From NCBI GenBank assembly GCA_964016885.1, contig OZ024745.1, forward strand, positions 7,192,001 through 7,256,000: a stretch of 64,000 nt of DNA. Direction: 5' to 3'. The notes under the pieces are model-generated. The model was given only the letters and a program-made list of their open reading frames with translations. It had not been told where the DNA came from and searched no databases. Positions 48,619 through 58,700 of this stretch are shown here, one piece after another. Position 1 is the first letter of the stretch; every line of letters starts with the position of its first letter. Position numbers and translations under genes: made by a program. The DNA comes from Eledone cirrhosa (lineage: Eukaryota).

Positions 48619-50162
48619 GCTTGTGAGAGCTATACAAGCCATGTATAAAGAAACAGTCAGTAAGGTTAGAATTAACAACGAATATAGTGAAGAGTTTAGC
48701 GTAAAAGTTGGTGTCCATCAGGGCTCTGTTCTTAGCCCCCTACTATTTATTATTGCCCTTCAGGCTATAACAGAGGAGTTCAAGACCGGCTGCCCATGGG
48801 AACTCCTATACGCAGACGACCTAACACTCATAGCTGAATCAATGGCCGAGCTAGAGAAGAAATTCCAAATATGGAAGCACGGCCTAGAATCAAAAGGCCT
48901 TAAAATTAACCTGGCTAAGACCAAAGTTCTAGTTTGTAGGAAAGAAAATAAGGCGGTGGTCCCTTCCGGGAAGTGGCCATGCTCAGTGTGTAGGAAAGGC
49001 GTAGGTAGAAACTCCATTTTGTGTCTGAAATGCAAAGTATGGGTGCATAAAAGATGTAGTGGGATCACAGGTAAGCTAACTAAGAACATAGATTTCACAT
49101 GTGGCCGGTGCTCTGGTGCAATAAGTAGCAGCAAGTGCCCACAAATACGAGCTCTTTCAACTGCGCAGAGGGCTCTATAGAAATAGTGGACAGCTTCCGT
49201 TACCTGGGTGACAAAATCAGCAGTGGGGGAGGGTGCTCTGAAAGTACAGTAGCTAGAGTCAGAACTGGATGGAAAAAGTTCAGAGAGCTTATACCACTAT
49301 TAGCCGCTAAAGGGTTCTCCCTAAAAATGAAAGGCAGGTTGTATGATGCCTGCATACGAACAGCAATGTTGCATGGCAGTGAGACCTGGGCATTGTGTGC
49401 AGAGGATATACGCAGACTAGAGAGGAACGAAGCTTGCATACTCCGCTGGATGTGTAATAGTAATATACGTGAACGGCAAAGCATAAACGAACTAAGGAAA
49501 AAATTAGAAATAAGAGGGATCAGATGTTGTTTACCCGAGAGAAGGCTACGTTGGTATGGACACGTGATGCGCATGAAAGTCGATAGCTGTATAACAAAGT
49601 GCAGGGCAATAAAGATAGACGGTAACCACGGAATAGGCAGACCTAGAGAAACCTGGGACGAGCTGATAAACTCCGACCTCACACACTTACACCTCTCCAA
49701 GACAATGTCACTGGACCGAGACCTTTGGCGGTACTCAGTAATAGAGAAGACCCGCCTTACCTAAATACATAGTAAAACCTACTACAGCCAGTAGGCATCT
49801 CTAACAAAATACACCCCCGTCCCACCACCCCCACCCCATCCACACCGCCCCCTTCTATGTAAAGTTATGTTGGTGCCACACCATCCAGGCCGAAACTAAT
49901 GAGATCGTATAGGTGTCACGACAAAAAAACACAGTCTACGCTGTAATGTGGCCGTGTAGGCAACACGGTAAAAACCTCCCAGCCCCACACTGTAAATGTG
50001 GTTGGTGTTAGGAAGGGCATCCAACTGTAGAAAACCTGCCAGACAGTCCTATGCGAGCAAGACAATCACTCTTGCCTCAAGTGGGAAAACGCCCGTCCAA
50101 ACCCATGCAAGCGTGGAACACGGACGTTAAACGTTGATGATGATGATGATGATGATGATGAT
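48619..50162 (+). mobile_element. RTE LINE copy B, 5'-truncated, with a 1-nt frameshift near 49143
   Basis: ORFs 48623-49180 and 49135-49764 match copy A. It has a single copy of the 3' UTR block and a (GAT)n tail. Confidence 0.92.
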
Positions 50163-50182
50163 ATATATTTATATATATATAT

Positions 50183-50515
50183 GGAGGCACATGACTTAGT
50201 GGTTAGAGCATTGGCCTTGCAATCGAAAGGTTGTGAGTTCAATTCTCAGACAGGGTGATGTGTTGTTTCCTTGAGCAAGAAACTTTATTTCACATTGCTC
50301 CAGTTTACTCAGCTGTAGAAATGAGATGATAGGGACTGGAGTCCCTATCATTCCACTGATAAGTGGTCGTGGCGGTGCCACGGCAAAAAAGCACCCAGCA
50401 CTCACTGTAAATGAGGTTGGTGTTAGGAAGGGCATCCAACTGTAGAAATTAAGCCATAATCAGTTCCCGTCCCACCCTTGCAAGCAGGGAAAAGCGGACG
50501 TAAAAAAATGATGAT
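50183..50515 (+). mobile_element. tRNA-derived SINE (family 2a) with an RTE-derived 3' tail
   Basis: A and B boxes, core GTGTTGTTTCCTTGAGCAAGAAACTTTATTTCACATTGCTCCAG, then GGTTGGTGTTAGGAAGGGCATCC and (GAT)n as in the RTE copies. Confidence 0.85.
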
Positions 50516-50558
50516 ATATATATATATATGTTTATATATATATATATAAATATATATT

Positions 50559-50595
<37 letters not shown>

Positions 50596-51046
50596 AAATA
50601 TATATTTATATATATAATATAAATATATATTTATATATATATATTTATATATAAATATATATTTATATATTTATATATATATATAAATATATATTTATAT
50701 ATATATATATTTATATATATATATATATATATAAATATATATTTATATATATATATATTTATATATATATATATATATATAAATATATATTTATATATAT
50801 ATATATTTATATATAAACAAGACGCACGTGCTTGCCACACATATAACATTTGCACTATATAACCGCTTATCTTCATGTTGTATTTTAACCTGTATTTTTG
50901 ATTGTACCTTTTAATATGAATGTAATCTCGAAGTGTGTACTGCCACTCTAAATTCTGTAATGAATGTTGACCCACAATATTTGCATATGTATCGGTATGT
51001 CTCTTGGCTGAAAAGGAGGTCATATAACTGTCCATTCATTAATAAA

Positions 51047-51094
51047 TTGCTCCGAAGAATCCAAACCTCGGTTTGGAGGAAACAGCTGTAAGCA
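51047..51094 (+). ncRNA. Minimal hammerhead ribozyme, CCGAAGA core variant
   Basis: TGCT-CCGAAGA-a-TCCAAACC-tc-GGTTTGGA-g-GAAA-CAGCT-GTA-AGCA. Helix III ACAGCTGT is palindromic. Confidence 0.65.
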
Positions 51095-51321
51095 CAATAA
51101 TGTTTTGAACAGTTCTTTGATTCTTATATTTCATATAACTGCTCTGTAAAGCATCTGATGTTTTTACATTGAGCTACTTAACTTACTGGTAATAAGGTAG
51201 TAATACATTACTGCCTACCACTATTTAGGGTTTGTATAAAAAATACATATGACTGCATAAGGTTTTTGTATTTACATAACCATAAATAGTATAATTAATA
51301 CTATTTATATATATATATGTT

Positions 51322-51354
<33 letters not shown>

Positions 51355-51390
51355 ATTTATATATATTTATATATATATATATATATTTAT

Positions 51391-54300
51391 ATCATCATCA
51401 TCATCATCATCAGGTTTAGCGTCCGTGTTCCACGCTTGCATGGGTTTGGACGGGGGTTTTCCCACTTGAGGCAAGAGTGGTTGTCTTGCTCGCATAGGAC
51501 TGTCTGGCGGGTTTTCTACAGTTGGATGCCCTTCCTAACACCAACCACATTTACAGTGTGGGGCTGGGAGGTTTTTACCGTGTTGCCTACACGGCCACAT
51601 TACAGCGTGGACTGTCTGGCGGGTTTTCTACAGCTGGATGCCCTTCCTAACACCAACCACATTTACAGTGTGGGGCTGGGAGGTTTTTACCGTGTTGCCT
51701 ACACGGCCACATTTACAGCGTGGACTGTGTGTTTTTTTGTCGTGACACCTACACGATCTCATTTGTTTCGGCCTGGATGTTGTGGGACCAACATAACTTT
51801 ACATTGAAAGGGGCGGTGTGGATGGGGTGGAGGTGGTGGGACGGGGGGGGGGGGTTGATAGAGATGCCTACTGACTGTAGTAGGTTTTTACTTTGTATTT
51901 AGGTAAGGCGGGTCTTCTCTATTACTGAGTACCGCCAAAGGTCTCGGTCCAGTGACATTGTCTTGGAGAGGTGTAAGCGTGTGAGGTCGGAATTTATCAG
52001 CTCGTCCCATGTTTTTCTGGGTCTGCCTACTCCGTGGCTACCGTCTATCTTTATTGCCCTGCACTTTGTTATACAGCTGTCGTCTTTCATGCGCATCACG
52101 TGACCGTACCAACGTAGCCTTCTCTCGAGTAAACAACATCTGATCCCTCTTATTTCTAATTTTTTCCTTAGTTCGTTTATGCTTTGCCGTTCACGTATAT
52201 TACTATTGCACATCCAGCGGAGCATGCAAGCTTCGTTCCTCTCTAGTCTGCGTATATCCTCTGCACACAATGCCCAGGTCTCACTGCCATGCAGCATTGC
52301 TGTTCGTATGCAGGCATCATACAACCTGCCTTTCATTTTTAGGGAGAACCCTCTAGCGGCTAATAGTGGTATAAGCTCTCTGAACTTTTTCCATCCAGTT
52401 CTGACTCTAGCTACTGTACTTTCAGAGCACCCTCCCCCACCGCTGATTTTGTCACCCAGGTAACGGAAGCTGTCCACTATTTCTATAGAACCCTCTGCGC
52501 AGTTGAAGGAGCTAGTATTTTGTGGGCACTTGCTGCTACTTATTGCACCAGAGCACCGGCCACATGTAAAATCTATGTTCTTAGTTAGCTTACCTGTGAT
52601 CCCACTACATCTTTTATGCACCCATACTTTGCATTTGGGACATAAAATGGAGTTTCTACCTACGCCTTTCCTACACACTGAGCATGGCCATTTCCCAGAT
52701 GGGACCGCCGCCTTATTTTCTTTCCTACAAACTAGAACTTTAGTCTTAGCCAGGTTAATTTTAAGGCCTTTTGATTCTAGGCCGTGCTTCCATGTTTGGA
52801 ATTTCTTCTCTAGTTCGGTCATTGATTCAGCTATGAGCGTTAGATCATCTGCGTATAGGAGTTCCCATGGGCAGCCGGTCTTGAACTCCTCTGTTATAGC
52901 CTGAAGGGCAATAATAAATAGTAGGGGGCTAAGAACAGAGCCCTGATGGACACCAACTTTTACGCTAAACTCTTCACTATATTCGTTGTTAATTCTAACC
53001 TTACTGACTGTTTCTTTATACATGGCTTGTATAGCTCTCACAAGCCATTCGTCAACACCTAGTTTTCTAAGAGACCACCAGATAATGGAACGGGGGACTC
53101 TGTCGAAGGCTTTCTCCAAGTCGACAAAAGCTAAGTATAGGGGTTTACTTTTAGCTAGGTACTTCTCCTGTAGTTGTCATACAATGAAAAGAGCGTCTGT
53201 GGTACTTTTGCCTGACACAAATCCGAACTGCATTTCATCTAGATCAGTTCTCTCTCTGATTAGTTGCGCTATTACTTTTTCCGTGACCTTCATGACCTGG
53301 TCGATTAATTTAATGCCTCTATAGTTACTCCTATCTAAGGCATCTCCTTTTCCCTTATAGCAGTTAACGATGATGCTGCTACGCCAGTCCTTCGGAACAA
53401 CCCCATTCTGTACGACTTGGTTAACTATCCGGGTGACCATGGTGTGTCCCACCGAACCAGATGCCTTCAGCATCTCAGCAACTATTTCCGAAGGACCAGC
53501 CGCCTTACCCGTCTTCATATCTTTGATTGCCTTGCTTATTGTACTACCCTGGACTAACACTGCTGGTCCCTCTATTGGGTCGATGTGGGGGAGACTGTCT
53601 TTCTCCCATTTATTCTCCTCATTTAGCAGCCTTTCGTAGTGACACTTCCAAGCTACCTTCTTATCAGCGTCGGTGATGGCAAGTATGCCATCATCGTTAA
53701 GTACACACTTCTCCCCGACAATATCACGGTTTTCCTTGACACATTGCCTGGCAATCCTGAACACCTCACGTTTTTGGTCCTCACGTTGTAGAACATGCTT
53801 GAACTTTCTTTCCTCTGCTTCCCTTCTTGCGAAGTACACTTGTCTCCTAGCTTCCCTCCTGGCCACCTGATAGTCTTCTCTACTTCCCCCATCCCGCCAT
53901 GCTTTCCAAGCCTGCTTTTTGGCCTTAATTGACCCCTCCACCTTACTGTTCCACCACCATGTTACTCTCCCCCTGCCTACAGGCCTGCTCCAGCCACAGA
54001 CTTCGTCTGTCGCCGTCAGCAGGTTTGCTTTCAGGAATTCCCACTGTTTCTCTACCTTGTACGACTCTAATTGCTCTTCCTTACTGTCGAAAGCATCAAG
54101 TAATATGCTTTGAAATTTATTTTTGGCTGTTGGGTCCTTTAGCTTCCGTATTTTTCTCCTGAGGATAGTTCTCTTCTGTTGTCTAGTACGTCTCGTCCTG
54201 ACTATTAGGTCGCTAATTATCAGTCTATGTTGGGAGGTGCATTCTTCATGGGGGAGGGATTTAGTGTTTACAACAGTCACTTTGTCACGTCTTCTGGTAA

Positions 54301-55180
54301 GGATATAATCTACCTGGCTGGTATGTTCCCCTGATCTGTAGGTGATCAAGTGATTGTCTCGTTTTTTGAAGTTAGTGTTGCAGATAGTTAGGTTATTTGC
54401 GTCACAGAATTCCAGGATTCTGGAGCCTTCCTCATTTCTAGTACCAAACCCATAGCCTCCATGGATTTCGTCGAAGCCGTCACAATGTTGTCCAACGTGA
54501 CCGTTTAGGTCGCCTGTAATAATTATATAGTCACTGTCGGTTATTTGGGAGGTAGCGAGCATCAGTGTCTCGTAGAATCTGTCTTTTATAGCACCGGGCA
54601 GTCCGGATTGTGGTGCGTACGCAGATATTACTGTCACCGTGGTTCTATTGAGGACAAGTCTTATTTTAATTATTCTGTCGTTCACTCTATTTACGTCTAT
54701 TATCTTATCTGCCCACTTTTCTGCTACCATGAATCCTACCCCACCCAGCCCATTGTCATTTCCCACCCAGAAAAGCTTATAGCATCGTTTTCTACCCACA
54801 ATGAATCTAGCAGATCCACCCCTGCACCTGGTCTCTTGAATACAACAAACATCGACCTCCTTACGTTCAAGCATTTCTACAACCTCGTTAGAGCGACCCT
54901 TTAAGGTGCCTACATTCAAGGTACCAAATCTGAAGTTTTGGATTGCGTTTGGGGGGTGGGAAAGGTGGGGAGCGGGGGGAGATGGGGTTGTGTTAGCCAT
55001 CCACGGCCGAAACAAAGAGGCATGCTCGCATTCTCGTCCACGAGGTGTGTTTGTCTTTAACTTTGGCATTGTCGCTGAGCGTCCAGATTTTTCTCTCTTC
55101 AACTCTCCGGAACTCCGTAGTCCTTCCATCCTACATATCGAAGGCGACCAGGTAAGCGATAGTATAGGCCTCTGGCTTAT
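51391..55180 (-). mobile_element. RTE-clade LINE copy C, near full length, inserted in (TA)n
   Basis: Reverse complement of copy A, including the 3' UTR duplication and the (GAT)n tail. Confidence 0.95.
51899..55129 (-). pseudogene. RTE EN-RT ORF interrupted by a single nonsense codon (CGA>TGA at 53177-53179)
   Basis: ORFs 53177-55129 and 51899-53119 are in the same frame. Copy A has GTA CGA CAA at this position. Confidence 0.92.
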
Positions 55181-55289
55181 ATATATATATATATATTTAT
55201 TTATATATATATTTATATATATATATATTTATATATATATATATTAAAATACAAATATTAATAAAATAGATATTCTTTTGATCAATTAC

Positions 55290-55342
55290 ATTTTATTATA
55301 CATCTTTCGGAGGTACAACAGTACGTCCTCAGCAGACAAAAT
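55290..55342 (-). ncRNA. Degenerate hammerhead motif
   Basis: Minus strand reads TTTTGT-CTGCTGA-GGA.GTAC-tgtt-GTAC.TCC-GAAA-GATGT-ATA-ATAAAA. The core has an A>C change. Confidence 0.45.
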
Positions 55343-55418
55343 ATAATGACACATGACATACCCTGAGATGTTAAATGGTTAAGATTTAATCAAGGTAGTA
55401 TATATATATATAATATGT

Positions 55419-55681
55419 GGAGGCACGTGGCCTAGTGGTAAGAGTGTTGGACTTACGATCATAATGTCATGGGTTCGATTCCTGGGCTGAGTTGTGTGTT
55501 GTGTTCTTGAGCAAAACACTTCATTTCACATTGCTCCAGTATACTCAGTTGAAAATGAATACCAGTAATAGGTGGACTGGTGTCCTGTCCAGGAGGGAGT
55601 CTTGTGCTCTCAATCACTTCACGCTGTGAAACCGGGATAAGCACCGGCCAAATGAGCCTTCTGGCTTAAGACAGACTTTAG
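55419..55681 (+). mobile_element. tRNA-derived SINE (family 2b): same head and core as 50183 but a different tail
   Basis: GGAGGCACGTGGCCTAGTGG...GGTTCGATTCC, the shared core, then ..GAAACCGGGATAAGCACCGGCC..CAGACTTTA. Confidence 0.85.
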
Positions 55682-55749
55682 ATATATAAGAGAGATGGTG
55701 GTAATCTTTCTCCATGGTATAACAGTGAGAGTACGCCAACTGGTTTGTT

Positions 55750-58700
55750 GCACTTGGTAATAGGCAGTCACTCCCCCCCATTTATAGCAGCACTTGGTAA
55801 TAGGCAGTCACTCCCCCCCCCATTAATAGCAGCACTTGGTAATAGGTAGTCACTCTCCCCCCATTGATAGCAGCACTTGGTAATAGGCAGTCACTCCCCC
55901 CACATTGATAGCAGCACTTGGTAATTTGGCAGTCACTCCCCCCACATTGATAGCAGCACTTGGTAATTTGGCAGTCACTCCCCCCACATTGATAGCAGCA
56001 CTTGGTAATAGGCAGTCACTCTCCCCCCATTGATAGCAGCACTTGGTAATAGGCAGTCACTCCCCCCCATTGACAGCAGCACTTGGTAATAGGCAGTCAC
56101 TCTCCCCCATTGATAGCAGTACTTGGTAATAGGCAGTCACTCCCCCCCATTGATAGCAGCACTTGGTAATAGGCAGTCACTCCCCCCATTGATAGCAGCA
56201 TTGGTAATAGGCAGTCACTCCCCCCCATTGATAGCAGCACTTGGTAATAGGCAGTCACACTCCCCCCATTGATAGCAGCACTTGGTAATAGGAAGTCACT
56301 CCCCCCATTGATAGCAGCATTGGTAATAGGCAGTCACTCCCCCCCATTGATAGCAGCACTTGGTAATAGGCAGTCACACACCCCCATTGATAGCAGCACT
56401 TGGTAATAGGCAGCCACTCCCCCCCATTGATAGCAGCACTTGGTAATAGGCAGTCACTCTCCCCCCATTGATAGCAGCACTTGGTAATAGGCAGTCACTC
56501 TCCCCCCATTGATAGCAGCACTTGGTAATAGGCAGTCACTCTCCCCCCATTGATAGCAGCACTTGGTAATAGGAAGTCACTCCTCCCCATTGATAGCAGC
56601 ACTTGGTAATAGGCAGTCACTCTCCCCCCATTGATAGCAGCACTTGGTAATAGGAAGTCACTCCCCCCATTGATAGCAGCACTTGGTAATAGGCAGTCAC
56701 TCCCCCTCCCTCCCATTGATAGCAAAACTTGGTAATAGGCAGTCACCCCCCCCCCATTGATAGCAGCACTTGGTAATAGGCAGTCACTCCCCCTACCTCC
56801 CATTGATAGCAGCACTTGGTAATAGGCAGTCACTCCCCCATTGATAGCAGCATTGGTAATAGGCAGTCACTCCCCCCCATTGATAGCAGCACTTGGTAAT
56901 AGGCAGTCACACACCCCCATTGATAGCAGCACTTGGTAATAGGCAGCCACTCCCCCCCATTGATAGCAGCACTTGGTAATAGGCAGTCACTCTCCCCCCA
57001 TTGATAGCAGCACTTGGTAATAGGCAGTCACTCTCCCCCCATTGATAGCAGCACTTGGTAATAGGCAGTCACTCTCCCCCCATTGATAGCAGCACTTGGT
57101 AATAGGAAGTCACTCCCCCCATTGATAGCAGCACTTGGTAATAGGCAGTCACTCCCCCCATTGATAGCAAAACTTGGTAATAGGCAGTCACTCCCCCCCA
57201 TTGATAGCAGCACTTGGTAATAGGCAGTCACTCCCCCTCCCTCCCATTGATAGCAAAACTTGGTAATAGGCAGTCACTCCCCGCATTGATGGCAGCACTT
57301 GGTAATAGGAAGTCACTCTCCCCCATTGATAGCAGCACTTGGTAATAGGCAGTCACTCTCCCCCCATTGATAGCAGCACTTGGTAATAGGCAGTCACTCC
57401 CCCCATTGATAGCAGCACTTGGTAATAGGCAGTCACTCCCCCCCATTGATAACAGCACTTGGTAATAGGTAGTCACTCTCGCCCCATTGATAGCAGCACT
57501 TGCTAATAGGCAGTCACTCCCCGCATTGATAGCAGCACTTGGTTATAGGCAGTCACTCCCCCCCCCCCATTGATAGCAGCACTTGGTAATAGGCAGTCAC
57601 TCCCCCACAATGATAGCAGCACTTGGTAATTTGGCAATCACTCCCCCACATTGATAGCAGCACTTGGTAATAGGCAGTCACTCTCCCCCCATTGATAGCA
57701 GCACTTGGTAATAGGCAGTCACTCCCCCCCATTGATAGCAGCACTTGGTAATAGGCAATAACTCCCCCCCCCATTGATAGCAGCACTTGGTAATAGGAAG
57801 TCACTCTCCCCATTGATAGCAGCACTTGGTAATAGGCAGTCACCCCCCCCCCCCCATTGATAGCAGCACTTGGTAATAGGCAGTCACTCCCCCCATTGAT
57901 AGCAGCACTTGGTAATAGGCAGTTACTCCCCCCGATTGATAGCAGCACTTGGTAATAGGCAGTCACTCCCCCCCCCCCATTGATAGCAGCACTTGGTAAT
58001 AGGCAGTCACTCTCCCCCCATTGACAACAGCACTTGGTAATAGGTAGTCACTCTCCCCCCATTGATAGCAGCACTTGGTAATAGGTAGTCACTCTCCCCC
58101 CATTGATAGCAGCACTTGGTAATAGGAAGTCACTCCCCCCATTGATAGCAGCACTTGGTAATAGGCAGTCACTCCCCCCCATTGATAGCAGCACTTGGTA
58201 ATAGGTAGTCACTCCCCCCCATTGATAGCAGCACTTGGTAATAGGTAGTCACTCTCCCCCCATTGATAGCAGCACTTGGTAATAGGCAGTGACTCCCCCC
58301 ATTGATAGCAGCACTTGGTAATAGGCAGTGACTCCCCCCATTGATAGCAGCACTTGGTAATAGGCAGTCACTCCCCCATTGATAGCAGCACTTGGTAATA
58401 GGCTGTGACCCCCCCCCCCCTCATTGATAGCAGCACTTGGTAATAGGCAGTCACTCCCCCCATTGATAGCAGCACTTGGTAATAGGCAGTCACTCCTCCC
58501 ATTGATAGCAGCACTTGGTAATAGGCAGTCACTCCCCCCCATTGATAGCAGCACTTGGTAATAGGCAGTCACTCCCCCCATTGATAGCAGCACTTGGTAA
58601 TAGAAAGTCACTCTCCCCATTGATAGCAGCACTTGGTAATAGGCAGTCACTCCCCCCCATTGATAGCAGCACTTGGTAATAGGCAGTCACTCCCCCTATT

